From assembly GCA_040954595.2 (NCBI GenBank), contig CM082583.2:3853060-3917059 (forward strand): 64,000 bases of DNA, read 5' to 3'. Position 1 is the first letter of the stretch. Each line of letters begins with the position of its first letter. The translations under genes and the position numbers were made by a program. Shown here in pieces: positions 30,401 through 42,679 of this stretch. The stretch is from Balanoglossus misakiensis (Eukaryota > Animalia > Hemichordata). The notes below the pieces were generated by a model. That model ran no database searches. It was not told where the DNA came from and worked only from the letters and a program-made list of their open reading frames with translations.

Positions 30401-33400
30401 CAATTGAGGTCTGATTTTGAGTTCAGATTAAATTTTTATCATCATTTATTTACTGAACCATATGACTATAAAACAAAGTTGTACAAAACATAAAAGTTCA
30501 CCGAGAGAACGGCTGGGCAACTGGTGCACATATAAGCCTCAGCGCAGCAACTCTGGTTTTCCGTGACAACACAGTAGTACTGTACTGTACGTGGTGATTG
30601 AGAAACTATGCTTATAAGTTGACTAGCATGATGTAATGTTTTGGTATTTAAGATAAAATGACGAAAAAGGAAACTGTCTTGCAATCTCACCTGCTCTTCA
30701 AAGCCAACCAAATCCATGGCATTCAACAAATCTTCAAAATATTTCTTGTGTTTACTGAAGCCGCTTTTCAGGGAAGCCTCTCCCTCACATAAGTATCTGT
30801 TTATTAAAAAAGAAATATGAGGATATCTTGTTTAGATTGTCTTGCTTATGAAAACAGTTTGTGCTGTTTACATATTTTCTCACATTGATATTTTGACCTG
30901 TTTCTTTGGCTTCTAAACTCTAAAATTTAAAAACTTGATTTTCACAATACTATAGCTTCAAAGTACACAAAGTAGTACTGAGGAGTACAACAAACACAGA
31001 AACCACAAATATTTGGGTCTTACCTGTAAGCTGATGCACTTTTTAATTGATATTTATTTTGTTGTTCAGGAGACAAGCCAGCAAACATGTAGTAGAATAT
31101 GTGGAAATTTTCTTCTCCTGGATTTTGATGTACAACTCTTGATTTTTCCAGCAAATATTCTGATATTTTGGCTCCCTTCACTAATAAATAAAGTAGTATT
31201 TCTTATAAAGGATCCCATTCATTCATTTATTTATTAATTATTTATTTATTTATTTATTTTATTCATCCATATTTTGTTATTTGTTGAAAATGTTTTGCCA
31301 ACAAACAACATAGTCCATACAGTATTTCCTCATTGTTAACATTTCTTACTCACTGATTCATTTAATACTTACATGATCCATTTTCAAATTTCAACTGAAT
31401 GTACTTCCCAAATCTGCTGGAATTGTCATTCATTAAAGTTTGAGCATTTCCAAAGGCTTCCAACAAAGGATTGACCTGCAGAGAGAAGCAGAAGCATTCT
31501 AACCCATTCAAAGCCAGATTTTGGTCCATTGCACGCTATACTTTTAATTGTTTCTTCTGATCAATACGCCTTTTTCATAAAGAGGGCGTCCTTCCAAAAC
31601 ACGGCGTTATCTCCAAGCAGACGATGCGAAAACAAGGCCAGTAAGCCACAGAGTACTGCTCGAGATTGTCTAGTTTGTTCTATATACATGTATGATACAG
31701 TTTACAAGTAAAATTTATCTTACAATGAATTACTGTTGACAGCTTTCCCAACTGTAGTGACATTATACACGAGACGATAACGTTTTTACTATGTGGCTTA
31801 CTGGCCTCGTTTTTCGCGTCATCTTGGAAGGGTGCCCTCTTTATGAAAAAGGCGTATCCATGTGCTTTTTACACATGTAGATGTCACACTGTCTGCCCAC
31901 AATGATCTCAGTGCTTTAGCTCCTTGCAGCATACTGTTTGGCCGGACCCCTTCTTTTAGGTCTCATTACTAGCAGTAGATGAAAACAGAGACCCACGTTT
32001 GCAGAAGACGCATTGTTTTTGTTGGACTGACCTACAGGCTCTGTACATTCTGCAAAATGATCAATGTTCACTTTCTTATATGTTGTACATAGCGAATGCA
32101 AGCCTCCATCATCATCATCATCATTATTGGTGCATTAACCACACTGTCATGTTTGGATCCCCGAATACTTCTGGGAACATCAAAATGTTGAACAGATGTA
32201 ATGATCTTACCTGTAAAATTTGTTGTTCTAACTGGCTGTTGTCCTTGCATAATTCAACCAACTGTTTAATAATGAGTTTTGTACTTTCTGTTTTGCCTGC
32301 TCCACTTTCACCACTAAAACAAACAAAAAAGACAAAAGAAATAAACAGTGTGCAATAACAATGCAAAGTGTCACATGTCTCTGTATTTTACAATGGCGGT
32401 TCCTTCAGTCCATGAAAACAAGTATTGTTGATCATTGAACCTTGCTGCTTTTAGACATCAACCAACAGACCAAGACAGCACTAATTTTAATCAATGAAAA
32501 CTCACCTGATAACAATACATTGGTTTGTAGCTCTGCTTGGCTGAGCCCCAGTCATTGCTTGATATGCTGAGTCAGCAATGGCAAACAGATGAGGTGGGTT
32601 GTTACTTTTCCTGCTGTTCTTGTACATGGAAGAAAACTGTCAAAATGGAAAATGTCATGTCAGTTGGCCGTTTTGCATGTCAAGTGGCTAAGTTGGAAGC
32701 TGTCATCATAGCAATCAGCCTTTTAATATGTTATCAAATTTATTTGCCAGACCATTCATATTTTTCAACAACAAAACATTTTACCATAGTTTTACCATAA
32801 GAGATTAAATGTACCAGATTATATGAAATCTGCTGCAATACAGATTGTACATAATACAACTGACACAGTTTTATTTGAAAGGATATTTCATGTTGGAAAG
32901 ACTCAATAATTTGTCAGCATTATCATTTATTGCACCGGCTGTAGTATTTATGCCTTCATCCAGATGATGCATTCATTACCTTCTTTGAGTAGATTCCCAC
33001 ATCCTTGAATGGGTTTATTGCAACCAATATGTCACCAACATACGTCTGTAAAAGACAAAAATAAATGAGATAAATTCTTTGGTTTGAACTGCTGCAACTG
33101 CACCAAAATGTATAAAGCAAATCTGTAATTATTGCAAGTCTGACTGCTGTACCATGTGACCTGGTCTCAACCATTATAGTACAGGTGCAAAGCGCTATTG
33201 ACCAGATAACTTTTAGGTGGCCAACTCCAATGCATATCTATTGTTTGCATCTTGCATCCATTGAATAAACATTGCGTTCATATTTCCAGAATGTTGCTTT
33301 TCCCAGAATGCACTATTTTGAAGCTGATTAATTGAGATTTTCTTTGATTTTAGCTAAAACTGGTGACTTTTGCCAAGTTGTGGTTGGTGAAAATGACTAC

Positions 33401-34277
33401 TGTTCGCTAAACAACCTCCAGCAGGACAGTATAATGCAAAATCACCCTTGGTGACCTCTCCCTATAACTGTTGGGTTCATGTAACTGTCTGGTAATTAAT
33501 CACAGGTACTGACTTCCTGTATGACTACCAGTCACACTGACGTGACCAAGGCCCATTAGTTATACATTCCCTGGAAGTGTAAATAGTAAATTACTGCGTG
33601 GTCAGCCAAGGTAAGGCTATTAAAATTACATACAAAATACAAATGTAAAAAGGCTGCAGGTTGAATAGTAATTATAGTATCTCACATTTATCTCTGTCAG
33701 AAAGCATTGCATGCAAGGGAGCACCTCTGCCAGATATAACTTTACAGGTACATGAATAAAGTCAATCTGTTTACGCAGTTTTGTATTTTTAACTGAGCTT
33801 GAGTCAACTTCAAGTTATCCAGGATTGAAAATAAAACGGGAATATGCACGGTATGATATTTACTTCCTGTTTCGTTATCCTTTACGCTCCAGTTACGTAA
33901 TTGTATTTACGTTATCAATTAATTTATCGCGTTTTATTAAATTGACAATAACACTAGGGTCTACATATATGGCTAAGAAAAACATCGTAATTATGCCATG
34001 ACAGGCAAGACAGACTAGTCCTCACACCAATATTGTGGTTAAATACGCCGTGTACGAAAAGGTAAATCCGTGAGAGCTGCGATCTGATCGTTCAGTCACT
34101 TCCACCAGGTCAGGTGTGCAGTGTCATCATATGTCAGAATCTCATGATCGTGTGAATGATACTCACGTAAATTTGGTCTTTACGGTATCGGAATCTCAAT
34201 TCCTCCAGAAGTGTCGTCTCATCTAGATTTGCCAACGTGGCTAAGTCATCGATTTGTCCCACCGGTGGCCGTGCCAT
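16480..34277 (-). CDS. Unconventional myosin with motor domain, single IQ, SH2 domain and Pro-rich tail (class XXVIII-like); about 30 exons
   Basis: Start [20 protein letters not shown]; [13 protein letters not shown]; P-loop [11 protein letters not shown] (about 32280-32312); [19 protein letters not shown]; ILDIFGFE; [11 protein letters not shown]; [17 protein letters not shown]; SH2 [30 protein letters not shown] (19265-20620); PPPPLP and PPPPVPP tail. The terminal exon 16480-16536 and the 21794-22583 junction are less certain. Confidence 0.9.
16659..17120. mobile_element. 462-bp element with a 3' long hairpin (16985-17113), copy 1
   Basis: Near-identical to 17445-17906; AGGTTATTACGAAAATACCGCAAAGTATGCAC...GTGCATACTTTGCGGTATTTTCGTAATAACCT inverted repeat; CpG-rich relative to the flanks. 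Confidence 0.85.
17445..17906. mobile_element. 462-bp element with a 3' long hairpin (17771-17899), copy 2
   Basis: Direct repeat of 16659-17120 with about four substitutions seen by eye. Confidence 0.85.
18403..18614. mobile_element. MITE with TACTGT...ACAGTA termini
   Basis: TACTGTCAAACATG...CATGTTTTACAGTA terminal inverted repeat with internal TTTCGCG motifs; related right-end fragments at about 12880-12911 and 24780-24854. Confidence 0.65.
19770..19931. repeat. (CAC)n/(CAT)n microsatellite in a myosin SH2-domain intron
   Basis: Visible trinucleotide array ending a few bases from the donor of exon 19941-20030. Confidence 0.95.
20990..21234. mobile_element. TTAA-flanked MITE (Kolobok/piggyBac-type)
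   Basis: TTAAAGGGAAGCGGT...ACCACTTCCCTTTAA terminal inverted repeats. Confidence 0.65.
25579..25880. mobile_element. MITE with AAGGGACAAAGTCTCT-type termini
   Basis: AAGGGATAAAGTCTCT...AGAGACTTTGTCCCTT. Left ends of the same family (TTAAAGGGACAAAGTCTCTCTC..ATTATGTTTGATACAA) occur at about 42144-42215 and 54665-54738. Confidence 0.6.
27414..27443. repeat. (CA)n microsatellite
   Basis: Direct reading. Confidence 0.9.
30261..30340. mobile_element. Tiny piggyBac-like MITE
   Basis: TTAACCCTTTC...GAAAGGGTTAA: TTAA target site plus CCCT termini. Confidence 0.55.
31565..31856. mobile_element. TA-flanked MITE with long TIRs
   Basis: TACGCCTTTTTCATAAAGAGGGCGTCCTTCCAA...TTGGAAGGGTGCCCTCTTTATGAAAAAGGCGTA, plus inner pairing of AGGCCAGTAAGCCACA with TGTGGCTTACTGGCCT. 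Confidence 0.8.
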
Positions 34278-36135
34278 TTTAACGGCTGCAAAAAACAGAG
34301 GCCGTTTGTGGAGTCGTCGATGGAGTGTGTGTCGTCCAAACTCTTGTGTACCAATGACGCATAGGGTGGGACCTGGGTCAGTATCTATTGTGATGCAAAT
34401 AAGGGTCATTCCTGGACAAGCTTAGACTTGAAAAGGGGTGATATACCTTCATGAAGAGTACCGCTTTTAAATTAAATTATCGAAAAATGAGCTTCGTTTT
34501 CTTTTGGTCAATTATTGCATTTGCCAGTCCGAGCGTCTGACATTTTCCCGGAATTATTAAGGATTCCTGGAGGGTAATATTCAACTAATTGTTTCAATTA
34601 ATTGACTAATAGCTAATTCCAATATCTCCATTTATGTTTGTAAGTACACAGACATATTTTTAGCCTAGTGTTGTTTTTGGACAGTTTGAAGTTAAATTGT
34701 CGTAAAAGGATAAAACCATGGTCCGGATATCGTTAGCTTGACTACAATATCTCCCACTTGACTTTACACGCAACTTTTAGCAGTCAACTTCAGGAGAGTC
34801 CTTCAATTTTGCTCTTTACATCCGGGCATCCTCTGCATAAACATTGCTTTAGTACATGTAAATAAATTTCAACCAACGAATTATTCTGTATACATAACCT
34901 ATAATTCATCGCATACATTTTTGGGTTTATGCCTTCACAAAATTGACCAAAGAAACAACATTTGGTCTAAAACGCAATGAAGTGCCGCCCCCAACGTTGT
35001 TGGCCAAAATCCTCGGTTGCCGCGACCTCCCCAGATGGTGCTTCACCTTGACATTGCATCGGTTCAGGCCTTTCTAGGATAATTTATAAAATATAAAAGG
35101 GAGAGTTATAACTGAGATATTGATCGTTAGAGCAGCTGTTTCACCATTGACGTCTTTTGTAATGTGATATTCCAAAAAGTGCTGCTTGCATTAAATATTT
35201 TGTAAGGAACAGATGTTCTGATGGCTCGTATTATATTTCATATACTTTTAATTTGGATAGAATCACTTTTGTATGCAAGACAAACACTACTGTGCCAATC
35301 CAAATATTTTTTTCCGTACAAGATAAACAAATCCCGCATAAAGGTGTTTGTAAGCGGTAAAAAATAAATGTATAATCTGCCGACAACTCCTGCTGTAACA
35401 CAACAGTAAATCAAGACAACTTTGACCGTTTCCAAAGTGATGTATTTTTGTATAAAACAAGACAGGGAGAGAAACAATTCGACGAAAGGAAAATGAAATC
35501 GGGAGATCTCACCGCAAACATAGTTTTTACCAATTTAGGCTTGTGTGTTCAACCCGAACGAAAATAATATTCTGAAAATTGGATGGATGAAACTATTTTG
35601 GTCCTGTGTAATCTTGTCGCGAAAAAAATATGTACCACTCCCCAAAAAAGTGCTCAAACATTAGTTACCCCTCTAAACAACTACCGGAAATCAGTGATCT
35701 TGTCACAAATGCACCAGCCTTCGATAATTCTGTCCAAGACCACACATCCACACGTAAAATTTGAATATTACAAAATAAAAGTTTCCAGTAGAACTCAATG
35801 CCTACAGGTGGCATGAAAACAAATGGTGGCAATATGATGCAAAAAAGATCAGTGTAGCATGGCCGCAAATACATCGTTGTGATTGGTTAAGACCCTGTTG
35901 TAATTTATGCAAGCCATGGTAATATAGAGCATAATGCACAGTTATATTTGTCCTATAATATGAATATGAATATAAATGTTCAATGTGTAATCAAACAACA
36001 GGGAAGGCAATATTTAGATTTCAGGAAAACATTTCTGTCAAGAACATCCGTTTGACAATGTGATATGAAACTTGTTGTTGTGATTTTCTTCATATTTGGA
36101 GTGCGTGAGTATTTCTGGAGATGGTATCTAAGATA

Positions 36136-36172
<37 letters not shown>

Positions 36173-36233
36173 GTGATGGTGATGGTGATGGTGATGGTGA
36201 TGATGATGGTGATGATGATGGTGATGATGATGG

Positions 36234-36321
<88 letters not shown>

Positions 36322-36328
36322 AATGATA
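36136..36328. repeat. (GAT)n/(GGT GAT)n microsatellite, intergenic
   Basis: Direct reading; explains the poly-D/M/H/S/I ORFs. Confidence 0.95.
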
Positions 36329-36964
36329 AACTTTCTTGTCTTCGTGATTGAACATAAATAGGAGTGCCATAGGCCAATCATTTTAATACAGAAATATATT
36401 GACTGGAGAGATTTGTTTGTTGAATAGCTAGCTTGCAATATATGAAATGATTATGGTTGTTTAAACGTTCTACTTGTTCACAGCTGACTACATGATAGAT
36501 GCGTTTGCCGAAAGACACACAGCTATAGCGTGACCATGGTATTACCGTTGTCACTACTGGACGCTATCTGACCAAATCTTCACAGTGGTCCGTAACATTA
36601 TAGCAGGAATCAAATTACTACAACCAAATAAATGATGAACACCGTCCACGTCATTCATTCGTGGCACACATGCGGTGCGTTTAGTGTGTGAATTATCCAT
36701 TTTCGACGATCAAATCAGATTATGGTTGATGTGATAAAACAAACATGTTTTTTATCAAGCCCATGAAAGGTAACTGGATAGTGTTAATAATACACCACGC
36801 CTGTCGTAAACGTTGAGGGCGGAAATCTTATTTCGTCATTAATAAATTTCGACCAATCCCGTGTATTCGTAAAAATTAGAATAAGACCACTTCAAAGGTA
36901 ATATTTTCCACTTTTATCGCTGATCTGATTCATTCCTGTTGAAGTCAATACACGGGCGTCAAAA

Positions 36965-39900
36965 ATGCAATCCTTGGTAACAAGTGTCTGTGTATTTCTC
37001 ATCGCCATTTCACACTTTTCGGTAAGTATCTCCAAATAATATTTGTGATGAAAGCATCTTTCCAGATTTTAACTAAAATGGGCAGTAGACGTATCTTCTT
37101 CTTATGTATTCAGTCATTTTATTTTGTGTTTCATTTCCAGTCCTGCTAGCCACAACATGTTGATGAATAATTAGTATTCAGCTTGTCAGCACATCCCATA
37201 CTATAGGTCTTACCGGCCATTTTATTGTTGTCCTGGCTAAAATAACTAAAATGTAAACAAAAACATTGCACTTTACGTACTTTGATTGGCATTTGATAAT
37301 GTTTTAGCCAGTAAAACACGAAATTGTGGTTATTGAAGAGAGGAACGTAATGAAATAATCATCAACATATTTTAAACTCATATCCCTTCCAAAGCGCGAG
37401 TTTAGTACGAAATCCTTTCTTTTGCATAAATTAGTCGAAGAAATCCAAACTCTTGAATATGTACAACTTTAACAACACTGTCTAATGAAGTTGACTTTTC
37501 GAAAGGTTGCAGTTTCATCAATACCATCAGCGATATTCATTGTCAACTTATACCAAAAGTTACAAAAATTCGGTGTTTTATTCCTCTCGGATTGTGAATA
37601 CCACAGTTAACTTTCTCCCATAGTGCAAGTGAATGTTGCATTTTACAAAAACTTATGCGTTTTCAAAATCACAAACTCAGTTGCAATTGTGTAAGTTTTA
37701 AACCATCAGCTAAGCATGTACTTCAAATGACGAGTGGTCAACTTTTACTTTGGGAAGTATGATTTACAACATTGTGAGGTTATCACCCAGCGTTACATCA
37801 GTGCGGTCATGTAGTAGTCGATAACATTGCCTACATACATGTAAAAAGAATTTCAGGACCATTTCGCAAATACGTGCACTGTACTTATACTACAGTAATA
37901 TGTTAACTGAGCTTAGAATCGATGACGGAATCTGACTAAGTCTTTTTATTATCAGTCGACTGTTACGCAATAGAATTTTCTATTTCTACTTAATATTGAA
38001 AATGATAAGATAACTACATTATTATATTAACAACCATCTGTAAATCATAGCTGTCGTCCAATAGAAATAAAATGATTGGCGTCATTGACAGCATCAGTAA
38101 AGTAATATCCACTGGTTCTAGTCACAGATTAATGTTTAGTCGTGTCATTTATGTTCACGTCACCGATTAAAATTACTTTATACTTTTGGCAAACAAAGCA
38201 CATTGATCGTATTTAGCGACGACCACTTGTCCGCTTTCATTGGCAGCACGCGCGTTTACCTAACGTCAACGTTATCTTTTGGTAACAGCGGACATTACAA
38301 GGCCATAGACTATGCAGTTTGCTTGGAGTTTCAATGCAAAAAGAAAGTTATAGGCATTAGCAGTTAAATACTATAGAGCTCTACCAAAGAAATTATTACT
38401 AAACGCAAATTAACAATAATTTCAAGTTAATTAAATTTTTTTCGATGTTAATTTCCTGGTATTTTGGGGACATCATTTTGTTCCAACTGGACGAACCAAG
38501 TGTACAAATCAGAAATTTACAATCAAAATGAATTCCTGCAAAACCTGATTGTGTATTCAGATACGAAGAAATATCTCAATAATATGATAACATATTTGTT
38601 TCTTTCTAACGCTGCGACATACAAGGCGGCCCTTCCATTAGGTAGGTAACCTAATGTTATAACTTTTTCAAATATGTGTTTTTTTACTTAGATTTTTAAG
38701 GGTTGCCATGATATGATGAAGTATTGTACGCATGCGGTCATTGCATGATGTATACATTCCATCACGATATGACGAAGTAGCTATATACATGCAGTATGAC
38801 GAAGAAAAAATGATGTCATTATATGATCAAGTATTACGTGTGCTGTCATGGCCTGATGGCGTATGGTGTGTCCTTTACTACTACTGCTACTTATAGATAC
38901 AGTATGGTACATGTGCTGTCATGATTAATGAAGTGCTGCTGTGTTGTCTTTGTGTTATAACTTGCGGAGATGGTGCAACAGCTTTTTTTAACGAGAAATT
39001 GACTTATTTGCATATATGGTTTCAATATAACCGCTGTTTCATTACTGGTTTACTTTTAAGGTCCGAACAAAGTCACATGTGTGGCTAAAGGTGATCCCCA
39101 CATCAAGACCTTTGATGGCACAACCTATGACTTCTCTGGTCACTGCACCTATGACATGGTAAGGGACGTGAATCCACACAATGCCGGCTCAACTTTTGGT
39201 GTCACTGTAGACAACATGTATCGCAGAGGAGGTGAGTGCATCGATAACAATCATCGTCTAACTGAGACAGAATACAACAATCTCAGCAAGACCTACTGTA
39301 CAAAAAAAGTGGGATTCGTGGTTTGTTATGTGCTTGTTTCGAAACACAACTAGTTTACTTACCACAAAAACCACAAAATATTTTCGTGTTATCGACTTGT
39401 TGAAAAAATTAGGAGCGAATTATGAAACTGAACAAAATTGCAGAATAAAACTCTAAATAAATGTAATAATAAAGACCATCTAGATTTTAAAAGATGAGAC
39501 AACTCAAAGAAAACAAACTCTACTACTTCAGTTTCGAATAAAATTAATCTATTCAGCAGGACCATTATAAAAAAGATTTTCTACTTTTCCAGATATAAAA
39601 ATGAAAGCACGAACAAGTGCGTTCGGTGAAATATTTCGTCTTTGACACGTTCATGATCATGCGACTACTATCCAATTTCAGCGGAAGTCTCGGCCCCTTC
39701 GTGTGTTTACAACAGCATTTAATTCAAAACTTATATCTGCCAATAGGATTTTTAAGAGAAAAGTTTAGGATTATAAACCGTAACCTTTATAGACTTTTTT
39801 CTTTTTCCACTACTAAAATTTTGCTTAAAAAATCCATATAAATCTTTAAGGGCGCGAGCATTTGCCACCTAACTGCACCCCTTCGTTTTTCTTGTATGTA

Positions 39901-41362
39901 TAACAAGTACAATTTCCTATTCCTTTCTGCCTGGATTATTTCTCTCCGTCTTAGAATGTGTTGATCTCCATGACGACTAAATAATGTATCATTGGATATC
40001 CTTTCCTTTCAGAAAAGAACGCTCGCGTGGTGGGATTTTCCATCCGTTCGAATGGAAACGTAGTTCATGTGACAGGAAAAGAAGATGGAACCTTCACTTT
40101 GAGAGATGTAAGATTTGTTTGTTCTCAGAAAAGCAAAGCATTTGCGCATGTTTCTGGCTATGCTGACAATAGCTATCACCCGTGGGCCATCGTACCTAAA
40201 ATCCCCCCCCCCCACAAGAGATATCTCAGACCGATATTTTCGGAAAGCCTAGTATTTACCTAGCTATCGGAATTACACTATTTGCACTCCTATCAATAGG
40301 GGTGTGGCAGTGAGAATTTGTTGTTATGGTTACGGCAGATTACATGTTAATTAACACACAAAACTGCTAAATGTCTAACATCATTCGACATCAACAAATT
40401 TCGTGCAGAATTTTTTTAAATATATCTTTTTTTTTACAAATTCTTAAGCGAATGAGCAGAAATTGATATAACATGCATAATACCAACATGAATTTGCAAG
40501 ATTGGTATTTGTAGTAAATGTTACATAATTTGGTTAGGCATTTCTGTGAAAATGCCAATACCAACATTTTGCAGTGGAAACACAGCACATAAATACTCTG
40601 CTACCAATAAGCTTACAATGGAATACGGCATGGACTTTCAATGGACCGTAAAATTGCAAAAAAGTACGAAAGTACATATTTCTTGCCATGATGATACTGA
40701 TAACAGACAATGATGATTAGGGCTTCTCTACTACAGGAAAATGGAGCCGAAATCCAGCAAACAGGGTACCCTCTGACTCACGGTGGTATCACCATCAAAG
40801 AAGAGGGTACAAGCTTGGCCTTTGAGACTGACGTAGGAGTACACCTCTTATGGAATAAATTCTTCCGAGTTGTCATCAGCCTTGATCTGGACGTAGTGGA
40901 CGACGCGCGATATGTCGAAGGAATGTGCGGTGATGTCAATGGCGACGATGCGAATGATTTGAAATCCAGGCAAGGAGCCCCGGTTGATTTCAATCAACCC
41001 AAAAAGTCTGAACAACAGATCATCGATGAATTCGGAGACACATGGGCTGTACCCAATACGTACGTATTACGAATTTACGATGACTATTTTATAGCATTAA
41101 TGTTTTCTCATTTGGCTATGATTTTTTGAAAGACATCAGTTGTAATATTGAAAATGATTAAATGCAGTAATTTGCCAGCAGGCTATAAATTTGCATTCAA
41201 GCATTGCTTTGGAAATATTTCACATAGCAATGGACGCCTGAAGTAAACTACATAATGATTTTATGAAAATGTGCATATACCCTTACCATTTTCTATCTTA
41301 TTTCTTCGATATAATTTTTTTTCCTCATTTGTATTTGTCTCCACAGATGTGTCACCATATAA
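36965..41362 (+). CDS. Secreted single von Willebrand factor type D domain protein, about 225 aa; exons 36965-37021, 38626-38641, 39061-39231, 40013-40107, 40737-41059, 41347-41362
   Basis: Signal peptide MQSLVTSVCVFLIAISHFSAA; CVAKGDPHIKTFDGTTYDFSGHCTYDMV...VEGMCGDVNGDDANDL...EFGDTWAVPNTCVTI*. The exons sum to 678 nt with consistent phases. Confidence 0.8.
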
Positions 41363-42459
41363 CCAGACGATCCAAAGATGTGTATAACTCTGATCCCTTG
41401 TGACACAAATAAGCAATTCCTGACAAAACTAGGGACACATGTATATCTACTGGCATGTATATAGTCTGAATAATTATATGTAGTAAGTCTGGTGTTATTC
41501 CATGACGGACTTTCTTTCTTTCTTTCTTGACATCAACTATCCATCCTGAAGTGATGACGTCATAGTCAGACAAATATGGAAATCAAACCATTGATAATCA
41601 AAGTGAAGACTTAGCAGAGTGACATCAGTATAGTGTGCATATGTTACACGAGACTGCACTGTATAAATCCTTGTATTTCTGTTTCCATAATGAAATAAAA
41701 TGTTCTCTTCTTATATTTCTTTCAATAGAACCAATAAAATCATACTGTACATGAAATACGAGCATTGCAAATCAATGTTTTAGATTACTTCTCTGTACAG
41801 AAAAGGTTTGTCGTTTTGAAAAGGGATCGAAATAGCGATAACAAAGTACGTCCATCTTGCAGCGACACACATTTGTATAGGCAAATCAATGCATCCGGTA
41901 TTTCTTTTATTTGAAGGTGATGCCATCCGAATTAATACTATATCAAATAACAAGGAACAGATGTGCAAGCCTTTAGTGAAGTACAAAATGTGCCAAATTC
42001 TTTGCAATAACTATTTAAAAACGATGTCATAGGGTAGCTGCTAAAGATTGCTATTTTTACAAATCAAGCAGAATTTAAAAATTGTTTGCTGTAGTCCTGC
42101 TTATATATTGAAATTTCACATCACATCTGTGGATGGCAATGATTTAAAGGGACAAAGTCTCTCTCTTGCTGCCCCTTTTCCAGTAATTATGTTTGATACA
42201 AGACACTGTTTATGTCAACCACACACTTCCATCCCACTTGCAGACACGAGAGTGAAAATCTCGCCGAAATAAATAATCAGTGTTTACCATTTATTCATTT
42301 TAGCGTAACTTTTACTCTCTTATCATACAAACGCTAGGAAGTTGGAATTTGGCAATATTACTTTATGAGTAGAAAGAAACGGTGTGTGTAACAGAAATCC
42401 AATCTTTCCACATCAGAATTCCTTTAAAACAAGTTTATTTTGAAATGGGCAGTACAGTA

Positions 42460-42567
42460 CATGTATAAAAATCAAAGTAAACATTCTTAAAAACAATGTC
42501 GACCAAAAAATACCATGTATTAAAATCAAAGTGAAAATTCTTAAAAACAATGTCGGTCAAAAAATAC
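42460..42567. repeat. Tandem duplication of a ~54-bp unit
   Basis: CATGTAT(A/T)AAAATCAAAGT..ATTCTTAAAAACAATGTCG..CAAAAAATAC occurs twice. Confidence 0.8.
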
Positions 42568-42679
42568 CTGGGTGATCCCTGATGTGCATGTAATGTCCGT
42601 ATGGGCCACAGTTCTTAAAACAGTGACTGAGCACTGAAGTCAAAGCAAGAGAAGGGGCTTCACAGCGTAATAGCTTCCA

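Noticed and set aside
35980-36438. Poly-I/S/D/H/M ORFs
   Set aside because: Artefacts of the (GAT)n microsatellite.
39593-39650. Candidate VWD-gene exon after TTTTCCAG
   Set aside because: Has an in-frame stop in the required phase; exon 40013-40107 fits the VWD fold instead.
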